Shown here piece by piece: positions 9,071 through 18,422 of a DNA stretch of 64,000 nt. Positions within the stretch are counted from its first letter, which is position 1. Every line of letters begins with the position of its first letter. A model generated the notes under the pieces. That model did not search any database. It was not told where the DNA came from and saw nothing but the letters and a program-made list of their open reading frames with translations. Location: IMG/VR virus record IMGVR_UViG_3300027985_000843, positions 307,740 to 371,739 of that record. One strand, 5' to 3'. The position numbers and the translations under genes were made by a program.

Positions 9071-9461
9071 TCGATGACTCGGGGAGCTTAGCGACGAGGA
9101 AGCTCCCGCCCCTCTGCCACGCCCGCTTCTCCAATCGGAACTTGAGCCCACGCTTCTTCATCGTGTCGATGACGTCCTTCATCGCAGCGTAGGCTTCCGG
9201 GTTCACGACGTCCGACAGTTTCGCCCCCGCGTCCATCATGTCGCGGGCGGTGTCGATGTCGTACTGGAGGTAATCGGAGGGGTCGATGTTGAAGGCGAAC
9301 ACCCGGGTTTGGGTGTTGAAATACCGGCGGCCCCGAGGGTACTTCTTGTGGGCTGCGTGAGCCCTCGGGCCGAGCCACTTCATGAGCTGGTCGAACTCTC
9401 GATCGGACAGCTCGCGAGCTTCCAGGTACCTGTTGACAACCCTCTCTGTGGACTCACTCAT
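9063..9461 (-). CDS. Hypothetical protein with N-terminal ERVVNRYL motif
   Basis: Track ORF, internal ATG at 9461. Confidence 0.7.
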   Translation of the reverse strand: MSESTERVVNRYLEARELSDREFDQLMKWLGPRAHAAHKKYPRGRRYFNTQTRVFAFNIDPSDYLQYDIDTARDMMDAGAKLSDVVNPEAYAAMKDVIDTMKKRGLKFRLEKRAWQRGGSFLVAKLPESSIK

Positions 9462-9521
9462 GACTACCCTCGCGGACAAGAACTTCTGTTGGTACTACGT
9501 CTCGGCGAGGGTCTGGTTCGG

Positions 9522-9905
9522 CTATTTCTCGTTCCGTACCTCGATGCCGGGTAGGGAGTTCACCCAAGCCTTGAGATCCTTGAGGTCGTCGAAGACCTGG
9601 ATCCCCAGCTTTTTGGCAAGCTCAACCTCTGCCCGCGTGCCCGACGACTTCTCCCAGCCCTTCAGGAGCATGATGGCGTCACATCTGGACATCATTTCCA
9701 GGGTGCCGGCAAGCCAGAAGCTGTCCGGCATCTCCCCGTCGTAGAAGGCTGTATTTGCATGCGGGATAAGTGGCATGACCCCCAACTTCGCCACCTGAAG
9801 CCCTAAGATTCGAGCATTGAAGATGTTACGGGCCACCTTCCAGGGGGTCTTGGCTCTGTAGGGGCCTGCAACGTACACGATTTTCATTCGGTTGATTCGT
9901 TCCAT
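9522..9905 (-). CDS. DUF4406/nucleoside 2-deoxyribosyltransferase-like protein
   Basis: IVYVAGPY...PLIPH...CDAIMLLKGWEKSSGTRAEVELAKKLG. Confidence 0.8.
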   Translation of the reverse strand: MERINRMKIVYVAGPYRAKTPWKVARNIFNARILGLQVAKLGVMPLIPHANTAFYDGEMPDSFWLAGTLEMMSRCDAIMLLKGWEKSSGTRAEVELAKKLGIQVFDDLKDLKAWVNSLPGIEVRNEK

Positions 9906-9941
9906 GTCCAGAATCTACACCGATTCGGTGTATGACTCAGC

Positions 9942-10508
9942 ATGACCACCGGAGAACCCTACCGGGACCCACCTCTCAGTGGGACAACGACACAGCAAGA
10001 ATTCGAAGTGTTCATGCGGGATCAGGAGATCGACTGCATCGCTCGATACCAGCTCTGTCGAAAGACAGCCGCCTATTGGAAGGACTACTCCCAAAAAGGC
10101 CGCGACCGATCGTTTTTCTATGCCGCCCTCGCCATTGTCGCGACCCCTCTCATCATCTTGGGCACGGCCTATCAGTACGGCGACAACAGGCTGTTCGAGG
10201 GTATCCTAACCCTCGTCCTCTTGGCTCTCGGCGCATTCATCCTTGCACAGATCATCGCCTACTACCGCTACTGGATGCACCGGGATGCGCACGCGGACCA
10301 CACCGTGAGGGCGGCCAAGTACAAATGCCTGGCAAGTACGGCGGCCTTTCAACTGGGCTTCGTCAATCACAGGATGTCCGACAGTGATCGAGAAGATGAG
10401 GTGATCTCCTTCCTCAAGGACAAGGAAGCTCTCGATCGTGACTGCAACCCGAGCCTCGCAACTCTGGTAGACGAAAAGAACAGCGTACTGCGACTGCTTA
10501 CCAAGTAA
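9942..10508 (+). CDS. Two-TM protein, SLATT-like
   Basis: Two hydrophobic helices followed by H...A.KY..L pattern; class II promoter. Confidence 0.5.
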   Translation: MTTGEPYRDPPLSGTTTQQEFEVFMRDQEIDCIARYQLCRKTAAYWKDYSQKGRDRSFFYAALAIVATPLIILGTAYQYGDNRLFEGILTLVLLALGAFILAQIIAYYRYWMHRDAHADHTVRAAKYKCLASTAAFQLGFVNHRMSDSDREDEVISFLKDKEALDRDCNPSLATLVDEKNSVLRLLTK

Positions 10509-10525
10509 CCGGTGTAGGTAGGAAC

Positions 10526-10852
10526 ATGGTAGACGACAAGGAAATGGACGAACCGACGGCGACCTTCGTCGCCTCTCCTGAGTGTGTGAGCGAGGCCCTG
10601 GAGACGTTCAAGACAGGGCGTAAGCCGGACTTCACGGTCACAAGGGCGTACCTGTCCGAGGCTTGGAACCACGAGAAATCCAAGGGCTTCGAGATCTCGT
10701 GGGAGACAGTGAGTGCCGGGTTCGGGTCAATCACGGTTGCCGTCGACCAAGAGACCGGGAAAGTTCGGTGCGACACGGAGTCCATGAGCAAGCGCTTCGT
10801 CAAGGAAGTGTTCGCCAAGTTCGTGGACGACCTGCCGGAGAGTACCACGTGA
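10526..10852 (+). CDS. Hypothetical protein
   Basis: Class II promoter, track ORF. Confidence 0.7.
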   Translation: MVDDKEMDEPTATFVASPECVSEALETFKTGRKPDFTVTRAYLSEAWNHEKSKGFEISWETVSAGFGSITVAVDQETGKVRCDTESMSKRFVKEVFAKFVDDLPESTT

Positions 10853-11133
10853 AGCTCACGGACCTGCAACTCCTGAGGATCTTGCTGAGCATGCCGCCCG
10901 GCAAGCTCAAGAACAGAAGCGCCTTCCAAGCGATGTACGACAGCCTTGCCACGGGCGAGATCGTATCGCTGTTCCCCAAACAGCGGGCATGGGCAGAGCG
11001 TGTCTACAAGGAAAACAACCTCGATAAGCGGCCTCTTACCTTCCGACAGAAGGTCGAAGTCCAGGACAAGAACAAGGGCTCGGGCAAGATCCTAGACTTC
11101 GGCCCGCTCCCCATGAAACCCCCAGGGAAGTAG
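10849..11133 (+). CDS. Hypothetical protein
   Basis: GTGA overlap with upstream stop; MKLTDLQLLRILL... Confidence 0.65.
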   Translation: MKLTDLQLLRILLSMPPGKLKNRSAFQAMYDSLATGEIVSLFPKQRAWAERVYKENNLDKRPLTFRQKVEVQDKNKGSGKILDFGPLPMKPPGK

Positions 11134-11136
11134 ACC

Positions 11137-11766
11137 ATGGCAAGTAAATACGTGAGCAAGTGGATCTGGAGAAGCTCAAATACGCATCCGGTCGAACGCC
11201 GGAACGTCATCATTGCGGACAACAAAGCCTACGTCCAGCCGAACAAGCATGACGCGAAGAAGGCCGAGATCGTCGACATGGTCCGGGTCTTCGACACCAA
11301 GGAAGAGGCCATCGCGGCCGCCGCGCTCGGGGGTCGCGTCGTCTGGACCTTCACGGACACCGGACCCCGTTGGGGTAGGCCCGAGGTGGACAAGATCGAA
11401 GTCTTCCGAGTGAAGATCTCCGAACTGCTCTACTCCTACGGAAACGTGTCTGCCGTCCGCATCGACGCCAAAGGCAACCGTCTGGGTGATGGGTTCATGA
11501 TTCCCCGGGAGCGTTGTTTCGGCACGGAAGCTGCGGCCCGCAAGGCCCTGGCCGAGAAGCTTTCCGAGTGGCGGCAGGACTTCGAGAAGGAACTGAGGAA
11601 CATCACGGCTCACGTGGAACTCGTGCGTAATGCGGTGAAGGCCGTCGAGCGTGCAGGCACCAAGGTTCCTGAGTACAAGTCGCTCCTCCGTCGGCAGAAG
11701 GACCGCCGGAACCGCGAACAAAAGAAGCGCGAAGCCCGACGAGCGGAACTTCGAAAGCACAGCTAG
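11137..11766 (+). CDS. Hypothetical protein with coiled-coil C-terminus
   Basis: Track ORF in operon-like run. Confidence 0.7.
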   Translation: MASKYVSKWIWRSSNTHPVERRNVIIADNKAYVQPNKHDAKKAEIVDMVRVFDTKEEAIAAAALGGRVVWTFTDTGPRWGRPEVDKIEVFRVKISELLYSYGNVSAVRIDAKGNRLGDGFMIPRERCFGTEAAARKALAEKLSEWRQDFEKELRNITAHVELVRNAVKAVERAGTKVPEYKSLLRRQKDRRNREQKKREARRAELRKHS

Positions 11767-11776
11767 CCTTCTGAGC

Positions 11777-12187
11777 ATGCCACTTCAGGTCTGGACTGCT
11801 CGCATTTCGTGTCGAGACCCTGACTCGCTCAACATCACGCGCAAGTCAGGGAATGCAGTCTTTGCACCCTCGTGGGCCCTCTTGGGGCCGGCCCTCGCCC
11901 GTCGCCGCGAAGGGGCAGCACTCACCGACGACGAGTGGAAGCTCGCCTACGCCGCACCCTACCTCCAGGAAATGACACGGAGCCACAAGATCCACCGCTC
12001 CGTGTGGGATCACCTACTCAAGCAGGACCGAGTAGTTCTCACCTGCTACTGCACCAACCCCAAGCGTTGTCATCGTACCCTTCTCGGGCTCTTCCTCCAA
12101 CAGAGGTTGGGGGCCGTGTTCCATGGTGAACTCGACCCTGATGCGGAGTTGCGAGACGTGTTCGACGCAATGCAGAAACTCGAATGA
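11777..12187 (+). CDS. DUF488/YeaO-like protein
   Basis: FAPSWALL...Y..EM...VVLTCYC....CHR. Confidence 0.7.
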   Translation: MPLQVWTARISCRDPDSLNITRKSGNAVFAPSWALLGPALARRREGAALTDDEWKLAYAAPYLQEMTRSHKIHRSVWDHLLKQDRVVLTCYCTNPKRCHRTLLGLFLQQRLGAVFHGELDPDAELRDVFDAMQKLE

Positions 12188-12735
12188 GGTTTACCGTGTT
12201 CCGACATCCGATCGATAGAGTGTTCGAAATCCCCGCACCCCTCACCCAAGAGCAGATAGAGAGGCAAACAGAGATCTACCAGATCTTTCTCCGGTTCGCA
12301 TCACTGCTGGACGCGACGATCTTCCACAACGAAGACAGCGACGCGTGTTTCGAGCTTCTTCGCCAAGCCAGAGACAAGGCTCTGTCCGCGTCCCGACTGA
12401 ATCGAAGCACCGTCACTATGGACGTGGTGTCGAGGCTCTTCTGGCATGTCGAGAAACAGGATCTTCTCGTCGGCCGAGTCTACTTTAATGCCATCGACTA
12501 CGCGGACGTGCGGAAGTTCGGCAGAGGCCAGCTGGATATCGAAAACAGAGCCGTGATGCTGAGGAAAGGTATTCAGGGTACGCTGTTCGGAGCCCAGGTC
12601 CGGACCAGCCGACGCATTCCCCCTGGTTACGCCCTTCTTGTGCCCATGGATGATCGGGAAGAGAGCTTCGAGAAGGACCCCGACTTCGATTCAGAGAAGG
12701 GGCCCGAAGAGAAGGATCTAATTCAGATCAGATAA
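12184..12735 (+). CDS. Hypothetical protein
   Basis: ATGA overlap, track ORF. Confidence 0.65.
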   Translation: MRFTVFRHPIDRVFEIPAPLTQEQIERQTEIYQIFLRFASLLDATIFHNEDSDACFELLRQARDKALSASRLNRSTVTMDVVSRLFWHVEKQDLLVGRVYFNAIDYADVRKFGRGQLDIENRAVMLRKGIQGTLFGAQVRTSRRIPPGYALLVPMDDREESFEKDPDFDSEKGPEEKDLIQIR

Positions 12736-12783
12736 CTCCGAACTCCACCTGGTCGGGGACGTAATAGGACAAAGGAACCGAGC

Positions 12784-13497
12784 ATGAGCCGCAACCGAAA
12801 GAAGCCGTCCCTGGGGGCGGCAATGATCATCTACCTCATCAGCTTCCTGATCTCAGGCAGTGTCATTGCCCTCACGCACTGGGTGAGTCCCGGACTCATC
12901 CCCCTGACCACGAGCGACATCTGGAGCTATCACAATACCGGCTTCGGAGAATGGATGCTCACGGCCTTGCCCCTTCTCGGGTGGGGGTTCGGGGCCTCGC
13001 TCATTTCTGGCCTGATCAACGGGTCCGACCCCTATGTGAGCGGCGGTGAGATCCTCGTGAAGGGGGCTACTATCAGTGCCTTCGCTGGAATCTTCGAGGA
13101 GTTGGCTCACCGGTGGCTTTCGTTCCTCGGGGCCTTTGGTGTTCTTGCCGTCACGAACTACCTTCTGGGAGGCTTCGTGTTCGGGACAGGTCTGCCTGAG
13201 TGGCTTCACAACAATGTGTGGGGCCATCTCGCGGACTGGACCACCTTCGGGATGCTGCACGACTGGATCTATCATCCGGGCGGGTGGCTCGTAGGCGCAG
13301 CCATGCTCTACAGCAACGCCGTCTTCCGCGACGGTCACAAGTATCAGGGGTGGTTCGGCTACATCAACTCGTGGTTTATCGGGATGTACCTGTTTTACAT
13401 CATGTTTCACCACGGGCTCCTAGCCGCCATTCTCGTGCACTTTGCCTACGACATGGTCATTTTCACGGTGCGTGCGCTTTTAGCCGGCCGATCTTAA
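12784..13497 (+). CDS. CPBP (CAAX/Abi-like) intramembrane metalloprotease
   Basis: Multiple TM helices; GIFEELAHRW (EExxxR), FRDGH (FxxxH), HFAYD (HxxxD/N); class I promoter plus AAAGGA SD. Confidence 0.72.
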   Translation: MSRNRKKPSLGAAMIIYLISFLISGSVIALTHWVSPGLIPLTTSDIWSYHNTGFGEWMLTALPLLGWGFGASLISGLINGSDPYVSGGEILVKGATISAFAGIFEELAHRWLSFLGAFGVLAVTNYLLGGFVFGTGLPEWLHNNVWGHLADWTTFGMLHDWIYHPGGWLVGAAMLYSNAVFRDGHKYQGWFGYINSWFIGMYLFYIMFHHGLLAAILVHFAYDMVIFTVRALLAGRS

Positions 13498-13707
13498 CGC
13501 CTGCGCAGTCGCTCTCGGCGGCCGCCTGCGGGGCGCTTCTTTCGCTTTTGCGGGTGTTCCTTGTACCATCGGCCGATGGCACTGGCGAGGCAATGCCTTT
13601 CGTCCGGCAGGCCGGCCCACGTCGACGTACGAATGCCCAACGACTTCGCCAGTCGGCGAAGGTTCTCGACACGGGCATCCATCAGAGTGTCGTAAGGTAT
13701 GGCGGGG

Positions 13708-14406
13708 CTAGGTTTCATCCTTGAGGCGTTTGATCATGGCCGGAACGCCGGAAAAGTCAATGCGGCTGAACTTGATGTAGTCGTGCCGCTCTACCTTCAC
13801 GCACTGGTCCCCCATCAGCTTGTTCCAGGTTTCCACGCATTGTTCGAACTCTTCGACCATCGCGTGACCCAGCACCTTGAGGACCTGTTCCTTCTGCGAG
13901 GCGACTTCCTTCTCGGCTGATTCTGTGTTCAGACCGCCGAGGATCATGACGCGGATGTGGTTCTTCGTGTTGTGCCACAAGGAATCCGCGAAGCTCTTCA
14001 GCTCGGTCTCGATCAGGATGGATGCCGCTGACTCGTACGCTTTTCGCTTCGTCAGATAAGGCCCCTGGAGGCCGCCGGCATTCACGAACCATGGACCGAG
14101 ATCTTCCTTCGTCTTGTGACCTCGGAACTCCTCCCACGGGCCCAGACAGCCACAGACCTTGCACTTGTTGTGCAGTGTGCTGCGTTCCCCCACGAACACG
14201 ACATCCTCGCTTCCGCAGGTTGGGCAGCCATAGGGGAGCGCCGCCTCCTCACTGAACTCGGGTTCGGGGTCGGGCCCGCAGTCCTCACAGGGATAGCTCT
14301 GCTGGATCTGCTGAGTCTGCACAGGACAGTCTTCGTGCCCGTACTTGCACCCGTGAATCGCACAGCAGTGCCCTTGGTGAACGAGAGGGTTGGAGTTGGT
14401 CATCAC
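13708..14406 (-). CDS. Cys-rich hypothetical protein (zinc ribbons)
   Basis: CPTCGS...CKVCGC; track ORF. Confidence 0.65.
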   Translation of the reverse strand: MMTNSNPLVHQGHCCAIHGCKYGHEDCPVQTQQIQQSYPCEDCGPDPEPEFSEEAALPYGCPTCGSEDVVFVGERSTLHNKCKVCGCLGPWEEFRGHKTKEDLGPWFVNAGGLQGPYLTKRKAYESAASILIETELKSFADSLWHNTKNHIRVMILGGLNTESAEKEVASQKEQVLKVLGHAMVEEFEQCVETWNKLMGDQCVKVERHDYIKFSRIDFSGVPAMIKRLKDET

Positions 14407-14741
14407 ACGCTCTTCCGGATGAAGGCAACGGGACCTTCCCCGCCACAGTGGGTGAACTGAGCGACCTTGCCGTCGTGAAGCTTGACGTCGTCGAAGCAGG
14501 TGAAGCCCCCGTCGGCCCCGTCTTCGTTGCCGTCATCGTAGGGCTTGCCGTCCTTCATCTTGAAGCCGTAGCTTAGGAAGAACTTGTGGACAGCCATCAC
14601 GGCTTCCCTGTAGGTAGGGCGGGAAGCGATGGTGCCGTCCGCTGAATGGTCGTGCTTCATGACCGCAACGAAAGGCTTGGTCAGAGGAGTCTTTTCCATG
14701 CCCTCGCCGGACGCGACTATGACGGGTTTTTTCTTTGCCAT
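14403..14741 (-). CDS. Hypothetical protein
   Basis: ATG at 14741 after minus-strand class II motif. Confidence 0.7.
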   Translation of the reverse strand: MAKKKPVIVASGEGMEKTPLTKPFVAVMKHDHSADGTIASRPTYREAVMAVHKFFLSYGFKMKDGKPYDDGNEDGADGGFTCFDDVKLHDGKVAQFTHCGGEGPVAFIRKSV

Positions 14742-14748
14742 GCTCTCC

Positions 14749-14768
14749 ACCATACACCGGTGTATGGT
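14749..14768. promoter_or_regulatory. Perfect 20-bp palindrome ACCATACACCGGTGTATGGT: back-to-back class II promoters
   Basis: Sequence equals its reverse complement; divergent ATGs at 14741 and 14775. Confidence 0.8.
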
Positions 14769-14774
14769 CGTTCC

Positions 14775-15332
14775 ATGAACACCGCAACGCCTTACAACGT
14801 CCTGTACTACGGTCAGTGGGGGCAGCCCGGGCACTACCTACTCGACGAATACGGCAGGACCGTCCGTATGGCTGTTCAGAAGAGCCTGCTGCCCTGGACA
14901 GAAGGGCAATACTACAGCCTACCGCCGGGCTTTCGTAGGAGTGGGTACGACATCATCGAAGCTCCACAAGGCCACGCATCCCTGCATCGCAAGGGTGGCT
15001 GGACGGCCCTAGCCTTCTGGGATCGCTCGGGCGACCATCGGGGGAATTCGATGAGCTGCTTCTTCGTCCGGGGCGAGCACACCTTCGACGAAGTGGTCCA
15101 GATCACGAAGGAGCGGCTCCCTTCCCTTTGGAAGCGGTTCCCTTTCGAGGTCATCTGCAAGGAGGACCAGGGCATCCTCAACCCCGACCACCTGTCCTTG
15201 GAGGAGAAGGCTGCCGACTATGCTCGGGTCACCGACATGCTCAGGCAAGTCATCGAAGATCGAGACAAATGGCGGCAGCGGGCCAAGGATCTTGAGGCTG
15301 ACCTCAAGCATGCAGAAAAATGCCGAACTTGA
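14775..15332 (+). CDS. Hypothetical protein
   Basis: Class II promoter; in-frame ATG of track ORF. Confidence 0.75.
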   Translation: MNTATPYNVLYYGQWGQPGHYLLDEYGRTVRMAVQKSLLPWTEGQYYSLPPGFRRSGYDIIEAPQGHASLHRKGGWTALAFWDRSGDHRGNSMSCFFVRGEHTFDEVVQITKERLPSLWKRFPFEVICKEDQGILNPDHLSLEEKAADYARVTDMLRQVIEDRDKWRQRAKDLEADLKHAEKCRT

Positions 15333-15356
15333 TCAGTCGGCAGGCGTAGTACGGGC

Positions 15357-15707
15357 ATGAAGACCCTGACCACCGAAGACCTCGCCAACTGGGAAGCCGT
15401 CTCCGCCGTCGCTTGGAAAGAATGCGACGACCGAAAGCTCACGAAGGTCGAGAAGATCGCCGTGACTATCAAGGCTCTCCGTGATGACCCCGACGCCTTC
15501 CGCGTCAGAGAGCTTCTCGTCCCCATGTCCCAGCGAGAAGTCTGTGCTGTCCTTCGGACCCACATGGTCCTCATCAACTCGGTGCTCGGGACCACCTACC
15601 GCTACGTGGGGGCGAGCTACGCCCCCTCCGGGCGGGGAGCCTTCGGTCGGCTCGGGGGCGGCCATCGGGGTCACTACAGCGAGCCGTGCCTGCTCAGCTA
15701 CACGTGA
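15357..15707 (+). CDS. Hypothetical protein, paralog of 21362..21733
   Basis: Shared W..C.DR.LT..EK and SGRGAFGRL.GG.R.HYS.P motifs; class I promoter. Confidence 0.8.
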   Translation: MKTLTTEDLANWEAVSAVAWKECDDRKLTKVEKIAVTIKALRDDPDAFRVRELLVPMSQREVCAVLRTHMVLINSVLGTTYRYVGASYAPSGRGAFGRLGGGHRGHYSEPCLLSYT

Positions 15708-16012
15708 GGTGTCTGTGAAGATCGAACTCAGTGTCAAGAACGTGCAAGTCCTCGTCAACCTCCCCGGAACGGACGAGGTGCACATCAATCTGAGCGGCCC
15801 CAGCCCCTTCCCTGCCATGGGATACGATGGCGTGGCAACGATCAAGACCCAGAAGGGCGAAGGAGTTCGGTGGTGCCGGGAAGTCCTCGGGGTCGAGCCC
15901 TCGGTGGTCGACTGCAACCCGGGCATCGTGAGTTGACTTTCCCGACAACCCCAGTACAATCACCACAACTGCTGACGGTGGATGGCCGTGGCCCCAACTG
16001 TGGGAGATCCCC

Positions 16013-16426
16013 ATGCAAAACATCCGCGTCAAACGCTTCAATAATGGCCCTTCTGAGTACAACGTCCACGTCCTGACGGGTGGGGTGGTCGAGCCAGAGG
16101 ACCGGTCGTGGCTTCTTTTCATCCACGAGGATGGCAGTCCGCCCACCTTGTGGCTCCGCACGAAGGTCGAGATGTGCCCCAACCACGTAGAAGACACCTA
16201 CGTGATGGCAACCGCCGTGCTGAACGATGAGGGGCAGGAAGTCACCCCCGCCAGCCTCTACCGGGTTGGGCTCCGCGTCCTCGGAACCAGTCTGTCCGCT
16301 GAGACACGCAACTGGTTGGAAGGTGAAACACCAGATGAGTCCCTCTTGGAGTTGCGGGAAGCTGCCCGAAAAATGGCCTCCCTGAACTTCGGCGGCACCA
16401 ATACCAAGGTCATGCTCGACACCTAA
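16013..16426 (+). CDS. Hypothetical protein
   Basis: GGAGA SD; track ORF. Confidence 0.65.
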   Translation: MQNIRVKRFNNGPSEYNVHVLTGGVVEPEDRSWLLFIHEDGSPPTLWLRTKVEMCPNHVEDTYVMATAVLNDEGQEVTPASLYRVGLRVLGTSLSAETRNWLEGETPDESLLELREAARKMASLNFGGTNTKVMLDT

Positions 16427-16483
16427 TCGGTGTATCTACGTCGAAAGCTCCGAACTCTTTCGAAGCTCTGACGTAGTACGGAC

Positions 16484-16717
16484 ATGAGCAACCCCTACCA
16501 TATCGCACTCGTTGTCGGAGCCGCTGTCGCCGCCCTTCAGGCGGACCCGGACTTCGGTCACATCGCCACCGTCCACACCAACGCGGACCCCGGGGTATGG
16601 CTCAAGACGGGCGAGGACGTCCATTGCTTCGTGTGCGCCCAAGACAACCTGGGTAACTTCTCCTGCGTGACGCAGGAGGGCTACGTACGCCAGTACCTGG
16701 CGAGTGAGGTGGACTGA
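16484..16717 (+). CDS. Hypothetical protein
   Basis: Class I promoter. Confidence 0.75.
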   Translation: MSNPYHIALVVGAAVAALQADPDFGHIATVHTNADPGVWLKTGEDVHCFVCAQDNLGNFSCVTQEGYVRQYLASEVD

Positions 16718-17103
16718 TGTCAATCGCGGAGACCATCCGGAAAATCCACAAGGACAACCCGACCACCAAGGTGGTGATCGTCTGCGAACCCGGGGAGATG
16801 AACTGGGAAAAGAAGACTCGCGGGCCTGGCAAGATCGAGGTCCAGCTACGGTTGGACTCGAACCGGGGCTTCTACTCAGAAGAGATATCCTTGCGCGGTA
16901 GCGACGAAAGGATCTCTGCTGTGATCCACAAGCTGTATCTCCGGGCGGTCAAGGGCGCCCTGGAATCCAGCAAGAGTGAACTGAAGAACCTGGTAGAGAA
17001 AGCCATTGCCGCCAAGAAGGCCGTCAAGGCTGCCGACCACGAGGTGGCCGAACAACAACGCATGATCGAAAAGACAGAGGCTCTGCTGACGAACGGAGGG
17101 TGA
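16717..17103 (+). CDS. Hypothetical protein with coiled-coil C-terminus
   Basis: TGATG overlap. Confidence 0.7.
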   Translation: MSIAETIRKIHKDNPTTKVVIVCEPGEMNWEKKTRGPGKIEVQLRLDSNRGFYSEEISLRGSDERISAVIHKLYLRAVKGALESSKSELKNLVEKAIAAKKAVKAADHEVAEQQRMIEKTEALLTNGG

Positions 17104-17223
17104 TATGGGCAAAAAGTACATCGTTGAAGAGGTTGAGAGTGGTAGCGGTTGGGGGTGCTTGTCGGTCATCGGACTGATCACAGTGGTGGGCTTCGTTCTG
17201 CTGCTCTGCGCTGCCATGGCAAA

Positions 17224-17601
17224 ATGAGTCGACGCGATCTGTCTCAACTCCGAAGGGCCCTCCCCACCTATCGGTTCTACGAGGACGACCGCTACGGATT
17301 CTGCGTCCTCGCCCCACACAATAGCCTGGAGAGTGTCCCTCGTGAGTTGAGGCTGGGGGCCGATGTCGTTCTCGGCCTGATCCGAGACACAGTGGTAGTT
17401 CTAAGGGATCAGCGCTGTCGTGCCGGCGGCACTCAGACGCTGCGCCTGTTCCAGGTGATTGCGGGGCTCGTCCCGGATGGTATCTACGACAGTCGGACGG
17501 TCGAACAGATCCGTGTGCTCCTGGAGGCTCATATCCGGGAGTGCCCCACGGTGTCGTCTTCGTGGGCCCGACTCAAAAATGGCCCCGACTTCGACTTCTG
17601 A
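17224..17601 (+). CDS. Hypothetical protein with possible degenerate peptidoglycan-binding motif
   Basis: FQVIAGLVPDGIYDSRT resembles PG_binding_1 (FQ...GL..DG..D..T). Confidence 0.55.
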   Translation: MSRRDLSQLRRALPTYRFYEDDRYGFCVLAPHNSLESVPRELRLGADVVLGLIRDTVVVLRDQRCRAGGTQTLRLFQVIAGLVPDGIYDSRTVEQIRVLLEAHIRECPTVSSSWARLKNGPDFDF

Positions 17602-17621
17602 ATCCGGTGTATGGTCCAGAC

Positions 17622-18116
17622 ATGGACGACACCCAAGACAAGACCCTCGACTGTATCAAGCGTCTACGCAGCCTCACCGTCCCCGGTAAGAACCTGCCCG
17701 GGAAAGAGGTCAAGAAAGCCCTCTCGGATCTTCAGGGGCTGCATCCCCAATACCGGTTCTACTACGACAAGCTCTACCTGCTCGTTGTCGTTGGCCCCCC
17801 TGATTGTCGACTGACTTTGCCGCCGTACCTCTACAATCAAGCCGATCTTGTGCTGGTTGTCCAAGAGGACGCTGCCAAGTTCCGGTGCGACATTCTGAAG
17901 GACAGAGACGGTGTCATTGAGACCGTCGGCCAGCGCTACCGCGTCATGCAGGCGGCCTTCGGTCTGCCTCCGACCGGCCGACTCGACGACGCATCCCTTG
18001 CCGCCATGGCCGGCGTGGTCGAGGGCGCCCCGAAGTTGACAGAGGAGGAGATCGAGGCTCTCCTGGAGGACCGGCGGAACCGCTACGGGCGGAATCTCAA
18101 AAATCTCAAGGGTTGA
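17622..18116 (+). CDS. Hypothetical protein, distant paralog of 17224..17601
   Basis: P.YRFY.D, AD.VL and Q...GL.P.G..D shared; class II promoter. Confidence 0.65.
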   Translation: MDDTQDKTLDCIKRLRSLTVPGKNLPGKEVKKALSDLQGLHPQYRFYYDKLYLLVVVGPPDCRLTLPPYLYNQADLVLVVQEDAAKFRCDILKDRDGVIETVGQRYRVMQAAFGLPPTGRLDDASLAAMAGVVEGAPKLTEEEIEALLEDRRNRYGRNLKNLKG

Positions 18117-18152
18117 TCCGAACTCTTGCTCGGTCCCGTCGTAGTACGGGCA

Positions 18153-18422
18153 TCAATGGACCGGATTGCACATGCCCTGGGCCCACAGGGCTCCTCGGAT
18201 GAAGTTCAGGTGTCCGTCACACCGTCCGAGGTTGCCTGGGCCGCCCTCGCGGATCTCTCGGCGAATTTCCCCGCACACCCACAGCAGGTGGCCTGCGGTT
18301 TCCTTTTCCGAGAGGGGAGGCCCGTCCAGTCGGCGGGCTGTGACGGTCTCTCGTCGAAGATCAGACTCGTAGGCGTCAACGACTTCGAGAATTCTGCTTT
18401 CGATGTAGGTCACGTCGGGCAT
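18153..18422 (-). CDS. Hypothetical protein
   Basis: ATG 6 nt after minus-strand class II motif in palindrome at 18433-18444. Confidence 0.7.
   Translation of the reverse strand: MPDVTYIESRILEVVDAYESDLRRETVTARRLDGPPLSEKETAGHLLWVCGEIRREIREGGPGNLGRCDGHLNFIRGALWAQGMCNPVH

Noticed and set aside
17622-18116. DnaB helicase
   Set aside because: No Walker A or B motif, and only 164 aa.
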